Below, piece by piece: positions 52,636-63,621 of a stretch of DNA of 64,000 nucleotides. Numbering within the stretch: the first letter of the stretch is position 1; each line of letters begins with the position of its first letter. The notes under the pieces are model-generated. The model did not search any database, was not told the origin of the DNA, and saw nothing but the letters and a program-made list of their open reading frames with translations. The position numbers were made by a program, and so were the translations under genes. This DNA comes from Thecamonas trahens ATCC 50062 (taxonomy: Eukaryota > Protista > Apusomonadida): the NCBI RefSeq assembly GCF_000142905.1, contig NW_013657671.1, positions 124,001 to 188,000 on the forward strand, in the 5' to 3' direction.

Positions 52636-55116
52636 TCAGCGCCGATGCTTGCGATCCTTGACGTTTGCCGTGGCATAGTAGTGATTTCCAGTCTTCCGCT
52701 TGTTGGTGGTCATCCGCGGCTCCTTGAGCGTCCTGGGGCGCTTGCGCAGGGTGCCGTCGTCGTCGCGGTTGTTGCGCCGGCGCTTGGCCGAGCTCTTCTT
52801 CTTAGAGCTGGCCTTGCGGGCCGCGGCCGACTCCTCGGCCTGGGCCGCACGCCGCGCGGCCTTGCGGGCCTTGATGGCCTTCATCTCAGCGCGCGCCTCC
52901 TCGAGCGTCCGCTTGGGAATGTACGGGCCAGCCATGACGCCAAACTTGGTAGCAGCGTCCGAGTCAGAGCTCGAGGACGAGCCCGAGGACGAGCTGGAAC
53001 CCGAGGACGAGCCCGAAGAAGAGCCCGAGTCTGCACCATCGTCGGACGGCGGCTCGATGGTGTCGACCTCTTCACCGATGACGGCGGCAAAGACGTCGTC
53101 CCAGTTAACGACCGGGCGGGCCGAGATGGGCACCCCGGCGCGCTCGGCAGCCGACTTGGCGTCCTCCTCGTCAAGGTTGGCCAGGGCCTTGGACTGCGGC
53201 ATCGACGAGAGCATCTGGGCGACCGACGGGCCGGACGAAGCTTCCGATTTCGCGCTCTTCTTGGCTTTCTTGGCCTTCTTCTTGGCCAGGGCGACCTTGC
53301 GGGCCTTGGCCGACGGAGCGGGCGTGGGCAGCGCCTCGGAGCTTGCCTCCTCGCCGAACAGCGTCTCGGGGCCCTGCTGGCGGCGCTGGGCCTGCATGCG
53401 CGCCGCGCGGTCATACCGCAGTGCGTCGGGATCCTCCTCCTCCGGGAAGACCGGCTCGACCTTGGGCCCGCGGGCAATGGCGCCCTTGCCCTCGGACTCT
53501 GCTGAGGTCGGCGGCTCGGGGACGACCGGCTCGGCCGGGCCGCGCTCGATAAGAGCCTCGAGCTTGGCGCGGGCGGCGTCCTCGGCAAGCGTGCCAGTCT
53601 GGTCCTCCAGGCGCTGGCGGGCGATGGCGAGCGCGGCCTCGTAATCCTCGACCACCTCGGCGTCGGCAATGTTGTCCTCAAACGGCGGCTTGACAAAGTA
53701 CGGGATCTTGCCGCGGATCCAGTCGTTGAGCACCTGCTTGGCGGTGGTGTACGTGTCGGGCTCGTTGCCCTTGTTGAGCCGGTTGAGCTTGCGGGCGAGC
53801 TGGGTCAGAAAGTCGCCAGCGGACTCCCACTCGAGGATGCCGTACGTCCGCTGGAGGTAGACGCTCTTGACCCGGTCGAGCACGCCCTGGACATGGTCCT
53901 CCGGGTTGGTCAGGTTGGTCACCCGCACCACACCCTTGAGCACAATGTCCGTCTCTGTGTCGTTCGAGTCCGACTCGTACACCACGCCGGGGCAGTCGAT
54001 GAGATAGATGCGCCGCATGAGCGTCACGTACTGCCACACCTTGGTCTGCCCGGGCACCGGCGCCGTCGGGCACGTCACCTTGGCCTTGAGCGTATTGATA
54101 ATCGACGACTTGCCCACGTTCGGGTACCCAATGAGGCCGACCGAAATCTGCGGCTTGTCCGAGTGCAGCTTGGCAAACTGCCGGAGGAGCTGGATGAGCG
54201 CGCCCTTGCCAAACGAGTTGGAGAGCGAGGCGTGGAAGGCCAGTGTCGGGTACTCGGCCGAGAGCACCTTGATCCACCGAGCCGTGACCCACGTCGGAAC
54301 CAGATCGCACTTGTTGAGCACAAGCACCATGTGCTTGTGCGGCGCCTCTTCCTTGAGATGCCGCTCAATCCGCGCAGACCGCGTGCCCATCGGGTCACGC
54401 GCGTCGAGCACCTGCAGCACCACGTCCGACGAGTCAATGACCTTGTACAGCTCGCCCCAAATCCGCCGCGACTGGCCCTTGGCAAAAATCCCGCTCCGCG
54501 TCACGTCCTTGTACTCGGTCTCCACCTTGATGTTGCGGTCCGTCGACTCTGAGTACGTCGCCACGCCCTCGGCAACCGTCTCGGCAAGCGTCGCCATGTC
54601 AATCGCGCCGACCTTGGGCCGCTTGCGCGTCCCGCGCGGGCCAAACACAGCCTCAAACGGCTCGGTGTCCAGAATGTGCGACCGCGGCGTCGTGCCGAGC
54701 GACGACGTCGACTTCTTGCCTGTCGCGTATGGCGACGATGCAGACTCATTGAGCAGTCCCATCGGAATCTTCTTCTGCTTCAGCAGCACCGCGTACGGGT
54801 TGTTCACCTGGTTTGCCAGTGCCTCGCGGAACTCGGTCAGCTTGTCCTGCGACACCACATCGGTGTTGCCGAACCACCGCCGCGACGGCTCGATCCGAAC
54901 CGGCTTGCCGGCCTTGTTTGACGTAAGGTACCCGCCGATCACCTTGCCGTGCTTGTTGCGGATCTTATCCTTCTGCTTGTACATCGCAAGCCGCCGAACC
55001 GTCGACCGTGACCGCATCGACTTGTGGTCCGTGTCTGTCCGCGACAGGACACGATCTTGGTTGGTCGACGAGTTGGACGTCGACAGCTTGCGGAACTTGC
55101 TGTTGGGTCCCGGCAT
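52636..55116 (-). CDS. NOG2: Nucleolar GTP-binding protein 2 (circularly permuted GTPase, 60S biogenesis)
   Basis: NGP1NT region ([12 protein letters not shown]), [25 protein letters not shown] (G4), GYPNVGKSS (G1), DCPG (G3), [13 protein letters not shown], and C-terminal [15 protein letters not shown]. Confidence 0.96.
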   Translation of the reverse strand: MPGPNSKFRKLSTSNSSTNQDRVLSRTDTDHKSMRSRSTVRRLAMYKQKDKIRNKHGKVIGGYLTSNKAGKPVRIEPSRRWFGNTDVVSQDKLTEFREALANQVNNPYAVLLKQKKIPMGLLNESASSPYATGKKSTSSLGTTPRSHILDTEPFEAVFGPRGTRKRPKVGAIDMATLAETVAEGVATYSESTDRNIKVETEYKDVTRSGIFAKGQSRRIWGELYKVIDSSDVVLQVLDARDPMGTRSARIERHLKEEAPHKHMVLVLNKCDLVPTWVTARWIKVLSAEYPTLAFHASLSNSFGKGALIQLLRQFAKLHSDKPQISVGLIGYPNVGKSSIINTLKAKVTCPTAPVPGQTKVWQYVTLMRRIYLIDCPGVVYESDSNDTETDIVLKGVVRVTNLTNPEDHVQGVLDRVKSVYLQRTYGILEWESAGDFLTQLARKLNRLNKGNEPDTYTTAKQVLNDWIRGKIPYFVKPPFEDNIADAEVVEDYEAALAIARQRLEDQTGTLAEDAARAKLEALIERGPAEPVVPEPPTSAESEGKGAIARGPKVEPVFPEEEDPDALRYDRAARMQAQRRQQGPETLFGEEASSEALPTPAPSAKARKVALAKKKAKKAKKSAKSEASSGPSVAQMLSSMPQSKALANLDEEDAKSAAERAGVPISARPVVNWDDVFAAVIGEEVDTIEPPSDDGADSGSSSGSSSGSSSSSGSSSSSDSDAATKFGVMAGPYIPKRTLEEARAEMKAIKARKAARRAAQAEESAAARKASSKKKSSAKRRRNNRDDDGTLRKRPRTLKEPRMTTNKRKTGNHYYATANVKDRKHRR

Positions 55117-55129
55117 CTTCCCCTATCGC

Positions 55130-55176
55130 CACACACGCACACACACGCACACAAACACACACGAGCACACACACGC
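55130..55176. repeat. (CA)n-like microsatellite upstream of NOG2
   Basis: Directly visible acacacgcacacacacgcac tract. Confidence 0.7.
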
Positions 55177-55638
55177 GCATATCACGGGTGAGAACACTCA
55201 CACCAAAGCAAGCGCGGGAAAGCGAGGAGGACAGGAGACGGGAAGAGGGGGAAGGGGGGGGGGTGGGGGTGGCGGGAGGGAGGGGGGGAGGGCTCCGTTC
55301 CATCTCTGCTGGCATCCATCCAACATCACCCCTGCCACCACCAGTTCCTCCTCACAACCGCTCAGTTGTCCGGTAGGTAGAAGGTGTCGAGGGGGTGGGA
55401 ATCATGATAGAGAGGGGACAGAGGAAGGGGGGGGGAGGGAGGGGGGAGGGGGACTGGGACTGCTTGGCATGAGAAGGGGATAGTCGTACCTGTACCTGCA
55501 AGCCAAAGACGGGTGGCGTGGGATCTGCGCTGGACGCTGGGGTTTCGAGGCGATTCATAGGCCATGCCCGCACTCGGGGTAGAACGGTACGCTCCAGCGG
55601 AGCTCAAAGATCGCTAGCTACCAGCCACAGGAGTTGTT

Positions 55639-57185
55639 TTACATGATGCTGCACGCCGACTTGGTAAGCGACTTGGGATAACCAAGCGCCCACTCGACGC
55701 GGCCGAGCTTGGTGTCGTCGTACGGCGGGTAGCGGACGGCGTTGAGACCCTCCATGCCGGCGCCCTTGCCGAGGACGGCCTTGGTGTGGGTAAACTCGTC
55801 AAAGCCCCACTTGCCGTGATGGGCGCCCATGCCGGAAGAGCCAACACCGCCAAACGGCAGGGTGATGACACCGTGCTGGATGACAGTGTCGTTGACGCAG
55901 ACAGAGCCTGACGAGGTCTCGGTCAGCACCCGCTCGCGCACGCCCTTGTCGGTGGAGAAGAGATAGAGTGCCAGCGGCTTCTCACGGTCCTTGATAAAGT
56001 CGAGGGCCTCGTCGAGTGAGTTGACCGAGAGAACCGGGAGGACCGGGCCGAAGATCTCGTCCTGCATGACCGCCGCAGACGGCGAGACATTGCGCAGGAT
56101 GGTCGGCGGAATGTACTTGGACTCGCGGTCGGCGCGCTCCGGCCCGCCGGTCACCACGTCGAAATCCGACCCCGACGGGTTGTCTAGCAGCGACAGAATG
56201 CGGTCAAAGTGGCGCTCGTTGATGATCCGGCCAAAGTCAGGCGACTCGGCCGGGTTCTCGCCGTAAAACTCGAGGATGGCGGCCTGCATGGCGTCCACAA
56301 GCTCGGCCTCGACATCGGCGTGGGCGAGGACGTAGTCGGGCGCAATGCACGACTGCCCCGAGTTGATCAGCCTCCCCCACACGATCCGCCGCGCCGCCGC
56401 CGCGACGTTGGCCGTCGGGTCGACGATGACTGGCGACTTGCCGCCGAGCTCGAGCGTGACTGGGGTCAGGTACTTGGCTGCCGCCGCCATGATCACCTTG
56501 CCCACCGCTGTCGATCCGGTGAACGAGATGTGATCAAACCGAACGTCCAGAAGCGCCTGCGTCTCAGGCACTCCGCCGGTGACCACAGACACCACGTTGG
56601 GCTCAAAGTACCGCGGAATGACGTCGGCAATGACTCGCGCCACATTCTCAGACATCTCCGACGGCTTGAGCACCACTACGTTGCCCGCTGCCAGCGCAGA
56701 CGCCAGCGGTAGAAACGTCAGCATGCACGGGTAGTTCCACGGCGTGATGATGAGGATGACCCCTAGCGGATCGCGCCGGACCTGAATCGAGTCGAACGAG
56801 TTGACCCATGACGCAGACTTGACCGACTCGGGCTTCATCCACGAGCCTAGGTTCGCCGCCGCGTAGTCGATCTCAGCAAACAGCTGCGCAAGCTCGGTCA
56901 CCTTGGCCTCGGTCATGCACTTGGACAAGTCCGCCTCGAGGGCCTCGATCAGCTCATCCTATTCGCACCGAACCCGCAACTCGCCGCCCCGTAAGCCGGC
57001 GCTCGGCGTCGCCACACACATGCCCATGCCCACACACACACACACCCTCCACCCATACTTACCTGGCACTCGAACAGCAGCCGCTTGAGCGTCTGGAGCT
57101 GCTCCAAGCGCCACGCCTGCGGAAGGGTGGCGCCGGTCTTGTGGAACGTCCGCATGGTCGTCACGAGCGTGCCGTAGTCGGACAT
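55639..57185 (-). CDS. ALDH3: Class 3 (fatty) aldehyde dehydrogenase with a C-terminal CaaX box; exons 57063-57185 and 55639-56958
   Basis: PLGVILIITPWNYP, KPSE, FTGSTAVGK, LELGGKSP, NSGQSCIAPDY, EIFGP, PFGGVGSSGMGAHHGK, RYPPY; ends in CSIM*. Intron 56959-57062 is GTAAGT...TAG, phase 0. Confidence 0.94.
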
Positions 57186-57299
57186 GGTGAGGTTTTTCGA
57201 GAGAAGTTGGACCCCAAGCTGTGGCGAGGTTGGTGTCAGCGGCAGCACCGCATGCAGACTGGGCTTTTTACATGCTCTTGCGCAGCTCGCCATAGTGTA

Positions 57300-59129
57300 C
57301 TACATGTGCGACACTGGCCCATATTCATGCGCCCCGCCATTGTAGAGGATGAACGCGTCTTCGGGCGAGCCGTACATGGCCAGCCAGTCCCAGCCGTGAC
57401 CATCAGGCTCGGCTACCGCTGGCAGTGGCGACGGGACGCACGCGTGCCTATCGTGCGGCTCGCGGGCGCAGCACGGCTCGCGTGGCAGGTACCAAATCAC
57501 ATGATCGGTGACTCCTGACGGTGTGAGCGCGGCAGCGAGTGAGCCGGCTTTGTCAAACTGCTCCAGGTAGTTGCTCCCGTACGCCCTGCTGAAGATGCGA
57601 TCCTGCTCGGCCACGGCCGTGGCGTAGACATGGCCCGCGAGACCATGTTCCAGCAAGCTCTTTGCGTTGTCAAGGAGCATGCCAGCTTCGGCGACACCGG
57701 CAAATCCAAACTCGTTCTGGACTGCTTGCGGCGTCTCGAGCCCCGCAATGCGATGAAGGCAACTCTGCATCGTCGGCGGAAAGTCGGCGTAGTCGTCGGG
57801 CGCGCCAGCCGCGATCACCTCCGGCGGCGCAATCCAGCAGCGGTAGTCGAGACCGCGAATCTCATGGACCCCCTTATCTGGCTTGCCACCCTTGCGAAAG
57901 ATCCAGCCAAACGATGCGATCGCGTGCTTTTCACTCATCGGCAGGAACGAAGAGTCGATGGTCTGTGGCCGGAAGAAGCTCTGCTTGAGCGTCAGCTGAA
58001 AGCCGTCCAAGTTGTACAGGTCGAGCGTGCGCGGATGAATAAAGACATTTCCAGGATGCCGGTCGCGAAACGAGAGCAGCACGTCGCGCAGCATCATCAG
58101 CCGCAGCTGCCAGTCCTTGACGTGTGAGACGAGCGAGAAGAGAAAGCCGGTCTCCTGCACCTTGGACGACCGCATAAGGACGTCTAGCGAAGCCACCTCG
58201 CCAGGCATCTTTTCCACAAACGAGACACATCCCCACGCCGTACCATTGACGTCGACAAACGGGCCCACAAAGGAGCGCGGCGTCAGTTGATCCAGCCCGC
58301 ACTGCTCCTCGACCTTGGTCACCGCCGCCACATACGGAATGTACTTGCCCCATCCGGACGCTCCAGGCTCACACCTGTCGTGAACCGTCGCCGCCTCACG
58401 CTCCTTCTCCATGTCGTAAATCTTGGCCATTGCTCGCATCTCCTCCCGCCCGCACAGGGCCGCCAGCTGAGGCCCAAGCACGACGTGGACTTCGAAGAAC
58501 CTGTACTCGGACGGCCGAAAGTACTCGGACGCCCCGAGATCAATGTCGCCAAAAGTAGGCGACTGCGAAGTGACAAAGCGAGATACTCTTCGCACGTAGT
58601 CGCCCTTCATACTCGTGTTGGCAAACACCATGCCCACGGGGCACTCGCCGATCACGCCGTCGACCATGGTGCCGGCAGGCCAGCTCCCATCAATCTCTAC
58701 CCGGTCTTTGGGCACGTCGGCCCATCGGGTGTATTCTCGCTCAGCGAGCGGAATCTCCTCATCCAGTCTCCGCCTCTTGACAGCAGGCGGCGGAGGTGGC
58801 GGCAGCGGAGGCTGCGATCGTTCAGCCGCACCCAAACTTGTCATCAGTGAGCTCGAATGCGGCGGCGCAGAGCCGCTGCCGCCGGCGCCACGCTCAAACC
58901 GGGCTCGCTGCTGTCCAATCTGTATGTTGACGTCGTACTCGGTGCCTACATGCCACACCAACACACCGCCAAGGGCCATGGCAGCCACTGCCATGACAAG
59001 CACCGTCCACACGCGCCACATGGAGAGCTGCGACGCGCCGAGCTCGTCGACACGCGCATCTCCCAGAGCCGACACCCGCCTCTGCGCCTTGTCCAGCTTC
59101 TTCTGCGCTTGTCTATGCCCTGGACCCAT
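57300..59129 (-). CDS. Type II membrane protein with a putative secretory-pathway kinase-like (FAM20/Four-jointed/PI3-PI4K-like) lumenal domain
   Basis: ATG 59129 (MGPGHRQ..), a single TM helix VWTVLVMAVAAMALGGVLVWHV, a Pro-rich stem, then AMAKIY, MMLRDVLLSFRDRHPGNVFI and LYNLDG. Confidence 0.6.
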   Translation of the reverse strand: MGPGHRQAQKKLDKAQRRVSALGDARVDELGASQLSMWRVWTVLVMAVAAMALGGVLVWHVGTEYDVNIQIGQQRARFERGAGGSGSAPPHSSSLMTSLGAAERSQPPLPPPPPPAVKRRRLDEEIPLAEREYTRWADVPKDRVEIDGSWPAGTMVDGVIGECPVGMVFANTSMKGDYVRRVSRFVTSQSPTFGDIDLGASEYFRPSEYRFFEVHVVLGPQLAALCGREEMRAMAKIYDMEKEREAATVHDRCEPGASGWGKYIPYVAAVTKVEEQCGLDQLTPRSFVGPFVDVNGTAWGCVSFVEKMPGEVASLDVLMRSSKVQETGFLFSLVSHVKDWQLRLMMLRDVLLSFRDRHPGNVFIHPRTLDLYNLDGFQLTLKQSFFRPQTIDSSFLPMSEKHAIASFGWIFRKGGKPDKGVHEIRGLDYRCWIAPPEVIAAGAPDDYADFPPTMQSCLHRIAGLETPQAVQNEFGFAGVAEAGMLLDNAKSLLEHGLAGHVYATAVAEQDRIFSRAYGSNYLEQFDKAGSLAAALTPSGVTDHVIWYLPREPCCAREPHDRHACVPSPLPAVAEPDGHGWDWLAMYGSPEDAFILYNGGAHEYGPVSHM

Positions 59130-59251
59130 CCCTATGTCTCCTCGCCTCGGCAGCAGGAGCAAGTCTATGGGCGACTCTGTTGGGAGCACCGGAGGAGTGA
59201 TGAGAGCGCTGCGAGGAGGCAGGTGCCCCAGCAGCAGCCGTCTCTTTGTCC

Positions 59252-59284
59252 ATCGCGAACGATCACGATCGCGATCGCGATCGC
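59252..59284. promoter_or_regulatory. Candidate promoter element: tandem (CGATCG/CGATCA) palindromic array in the kinase-like/FANCI bidirectional promoter
   Basis: atcgcgaacgatcacgatcgcgatcgcgatcgc; similar arrays at 13219-13242 and 3021-3036, also just upstream of start codons. Confidence 0.35.
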
Positions 59285-59343
59285 TGTCGGCAAAGCGGCA
59301 CCCGGCACACGGCACACTCGTCGCCGCCAACACCACCACCAGC

Positions 59344-62300
59344 ATGGCCACACTCGTGGACCTTGTTCCCCAAGTCACGTCGCTGCTGGCAGCATCCCAA
59401 GTGCATGGAGGCTCTCTGAGGCTTTCCACACTCAACTCGCAAGCCCCGTCGCAGACTACGCAGGCTCCCGAGGAACAGGACCGGCTGCGTGGTGCCGTCG
59501 CCGACGCTCTCGCCGCCGTCGACGACGATGGCCTTGCCTCGTTGCTTAGGGATAACATGACACCGGAAACCATCGGCAGCATGCTCCCACTGCTCAAGAC
59601 CATCTTCTTTGGTACGTCGTTGGGGGGGGGGGCAGGGGGGAGGGGGGGGAGAGGGGGGAGAGGGGCTCGGCGACCGCCGCGGGGCCGAAACTACGACCTT
59701 TTTCGGACCAGCCAACTCACTCTTACCCCCTCTCGACTTTTCAGGCTGCGCCACGGCCTCGGACGCGTCTGTGGCGCGGCGGACCGCAGTCTACACCACC
59801 ATCATCAGCTGTTTTGCCGACGCGCGGCAGATGCTGGAGACCAAGGCCATCCAGGCGGTCATCTCGCTCCTGCTGGTCGAGCTGGAGCACTTTCCGCCGA
59901 CGGCGCTCGTCGCGCTCCTCGACCACTACGCAGACCTCTTCCACGCCGGCGACGTCACTTGGGGTGCGGCGCTCGAGTTTGTGCCTGCGCTACTCTCCAA
60001 TGTAGAGAGCCTCGCCGAGGTGCCCGGGCTCGGCATCTCGGGAGCTGAGTTCCAGTCTAACTTTGTCGGCAAGATCATCCGGGCGCCGCTGCCGCCGGTC
60101 ATTGTCACCCCGCTCACCACCATGTTCAAGGACATCTCGCTTACCTCGCCTGACCTGCTCAAGGTCTTTGTCCGCATTTTTGAGCTCTTTCCGGCCCTGG
60201 AGATCCAGGAACTCCCTTCGCTTGTCTACCACCTGCTCCTCCTCGGCTCCAAGGGCCACCGCGCCTTCCTCCTCTCGTCGATCATCAAGGCCTTTGACGC
60301 CCAGCCGCCTCACGCCCGTGACACCGCCGTCGAGTCTACTGTCGCGCTCCATGTCAACTTTGCCATGAAGCAGGATCTCAAGCTCGGCAAGGAGCTGCTC
60401 AAGGTGGCCAAGCGCGACACGCTGGCGCTCACTCCGTTTGCGCTCTCGCTCCTCCTCTCGTCGGCGCTCATCTCGCGGTTCGAGGAATCGGTTGTCGAGA
60501 TTGTCAAGCACGGCTTGCTTGCGTCGGCCAAGGACGCCGCTGCCCGCAAGGCCTCGATCTGGCCGCTCCTGGTCGACGTTCCGCTCCCGCCGGTCTCGGA
60601 CCTCGGCGCCGTCCTCGACACCGTTGTCGCCGCCACCACAGCAGGCTGGGACCTCCTCGTCCCACCACTGCTCAAAGTGGCGCTTGCGCTCTCGGACCTC
60701 ACGCTGCGATCGGTCGGCTACTCGCGCGAGCTGCTCGCCCAGTGCCACGCTCGCGCCGCCGCCATGCTCACCACTCTGTTTGAGGCTCACGAGATGGCAC
60801 GTGCGCCGCTGCTGGAGCAAGTCTTTGCCCGGGTCATCACCCTTGCCCCGTCGGCCGAGGCTAACATTGCCCTCCTCGCCACGCTCGTCGTCCGCAACCC
60901 ATCGCGGTTCATTCCATTTGCCACAAAGGTCAAGGAGCTGGTCAACTACCTCTCGTACCTTAATCTCGCCACCGCCGCCGCCCTCATTGCCGCCCTCATT
61001 CCGCTCGCCTCGGTCCTGCCGTCGTTTCTGGACCATCTCATGCTTGTCCTCAAGAAAAGTTTGTTCAATCGCGAGCTCACCTCGCGGCTGGTGGCACTCT
61101 CGGGCTTTGTCGCCCTCCTCCGCGCCCTTTGCATCGACGAGACGCCAGCGAGCAACACCTCGCATGTCTCGACCGCCAGCTCGGCTACCGGGGCCGCGTC
61201 GCTCGATCTCTTCTCGTTCTCGCAAGCGCCGCCGATGAACAGCAACGGCGCCGCTGCCGCGCCCAGCACGCGCGCCGAGACCAACCCCGACGACTTTCGG
61301 CTTGTCCTTCCCAACGGCCACGCCCTGGCGCTGGAGATCCTGGGCCATCTCAAGCGCTGCCTGACTCAACAATACGCCGTCCGCGCGCTTCTGTACGATG
61401 CCCTGCCCGAGGTTGCTGCCCGCGTTCCGGCGCTCGGCCAGGACGTGCTGGAGCTCCTCTACTTTCAGCTCTCCAAGTACTACGTCAAGGCTTCAACCGG
61501 GCCGCCGCTCAACCTGGGTGGGGCGGTTGTCGTCAAGCCGGATGCCGAGTTGGTGGTGGTTGTCGACGACCTGCCGGGGCTCCTTCGCGCCGTGCGCAAG
61601 GCGCTCTCGGCCGTCGCCAAGCCCGATGGCGGCTTTGAGCGCGCCACCTTTGCCGCTGCGCTCTCGACCATGTTTGAGTCCATTTGCGAGCGATCGGCTG
61701 CATGCAACGCCGAGGACTACGAGCTCGACAAGACGGCCAACTTTGATCCCGCAGTCGTGGCCGGTGCCGCCAACCACACTCGTGCCACCCTATTGCTTGG
61801 TCTCCACGAGGTGCTCATCGAGACTGCGGTCTCGCGCGAAGCTGCGCGCGGCGCGTCCAACATCCTCGGCCCAGCCCTCGTCGAGTACGCCAAGTACCAC
61901 GAGCTCCGCAAGCGCGTCAATGGTGCAGCCGGCACCCGCAAGGGCAAGTTCAAGAAGGGCAAGGGCATGGGCCCAGGCCGGTCGGCCCTGCTCAAGGCGC
62001 TTGTCCGCGAGCAGTCGCGGACAAAGCTCTCGTGGACTTATCGAGTCAAGATGCTCAAGGCTCTGTTTGCTCTCCCGGCCGATGGCTCGGTCGCACACGC
62101 CCCGTCACTCCTCCGGCACATCATGCTCACGCTTGTCGCTGATCTCAGCGAGGGTGCCAAGCTTGTCCGCTCGGCCGGCGCCGAGTCGATCGGAAGCGCC
62201 AGCGGTAGCGGTAGCTCGGCCCAGGACGACGCGCTCGGGGGCTTTGGCGCGCCGCTCAACCCGGTTGCTGCAGCCCGCTTCCTTGCTCGGCTGCCCTCGG

Positions 62301-63600
62301 TCTGCTCGCGCCTTGTCCCGCTCCTTGCCGCTCAGTTTGACGCTGTCAAGGTGCTGTACGCGGTCGAGATCGACGCTGCGCTTGCCGCCGCACCGCCGCC
62401 GCAGGTCGGTGACAACTACGGCGACGCCACGCCTCTGCTCACACTTTGCCTCTCGGCACTGCACGAGGCGCTGGCAGTGGTGGCGCCGCACCCGGCTCGC
62501 TTTGCCAAAGTCCTCTCGTCGCTGGTAAGCGGCTCTGCCGATGCGCCGCTGCGCGATGCCATGGGCGTCCTCAAGTCGTGGGCGAGCGCGCTCCTTGATG
62601 CCGCCTGGTTTGAGCCGCTCTCGTCGGTCCTCGACACGCTAGTCCACCTTCTCGACAACCACACCCCTGTTGCCGACTACGTGCAGCACGAGGCGTGGGC
62701 CCGCAGCTTCATCGAGCGCAAGGCCATTCTGGACGAGGGTGTGGCGCGCAAGCTCCTGCACTTTTTCATCACTGTCTCGGTGGCCGACGTCGAGGACTCC
62801 CAGCTCAAGCTTGCTGCCGATGTCAACAGGCTGTTTGGTGGCCTCGATATGTCGACCTACGACGGCGAGGTCGAGTGCGAGATTGTTTGCGATGCCAACG
62901 GGACCGTGGTAGTCAAGCAGGTGCTCGCCGGTGTCGAGGTTGCGCTCGGCCACGTCGAGTGGCTCCTCTCACTCCTCGACTCGCTCCCTCCCTCCGACCG
63001 CGGATCCGAGATGTACAAGGAGCTCTTTGATGCGCTCTGTGTCCGACTCCTCGACGAGACCGCCGTCCTCCGCGCGCTCTCATCGTCGTCGATGCGCAAC
63101 GGCCAAGCCTCGGACGTCCTGCTTAAGTCGCTCATCCACTTTTACCGCACCTCGCTCCTGGTCATCAAGCACGTGCTCGCGGTCAAAAAGGCCAAGCCGT
63201 CGTCGCGGCTGCAGAAGCTCGTTGCCAACGCCGCCGAGCTCGCCGGTCTCACCTACAACCTCGTCAACTACCTGCAGTCGTACGTAATCAATGCCTCGAC
63301 GGCCCGTATCGCCCGCGAGCAAAAGCTCATCCCAGGCCTCATCTTTGCCATCGAGCAGTACGAAGTCAACGTGCTCTCGCTAGCCCAGTCATCGGGAACA
63401 TCGCTCGTCCGCAACTTTAAGCGCTCCGTCGCCCGCGACTTTAAGATCAAAACGATCTGCTCAATGTCGCCCTCCAGCGCCAGGACGAGATCGACGGCAA
63501 GTCCAAGAAGCGTGCCCGCTACGGCTCGGACGACGATCCGCCAGGCTCGCCGGGCTCGTCGCAGGTCGACGACGACAGCGGACGGCCACACAAACGGTGA
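59344..63600 (+). CDS. FANCI: Fanconi anemia group I protein; exons 59344-59611 and 59745-63600, with an apparent 1-nt frameshift at the A-run 63449-63452 (the uncorrected ORF ends at 63616)
   Basis: QELPSLVYHLLLL, DHLMLVLKKSLFNRELTSRLVALSGF, LEILGHLKRCLTQQYAVRALLYDAL, REQKLIPGLIFAIEQYE, RSVARDFKI. Intron 59612-59744 is GTACGT...ACTCAC...CAG, phase 1. Confidence 0.92.
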
Positions 63601-63621
63601 CAATGTCGCATCGTAAATGTC

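Noticed and set aside
218-55483. Many long antisense or alternate-frame ORFs (e.g. 218-1360+, 6045-7745+, 9207-10790+, 37047-39692+, 41622-43133+, 54008-55483+)
   Set aside because: These are shadow ORFs expected from high GC and strong GC3 bias. They overlap well-supported genes and translate to low-complexity S/R/A or L/V/G strings with no motifs.
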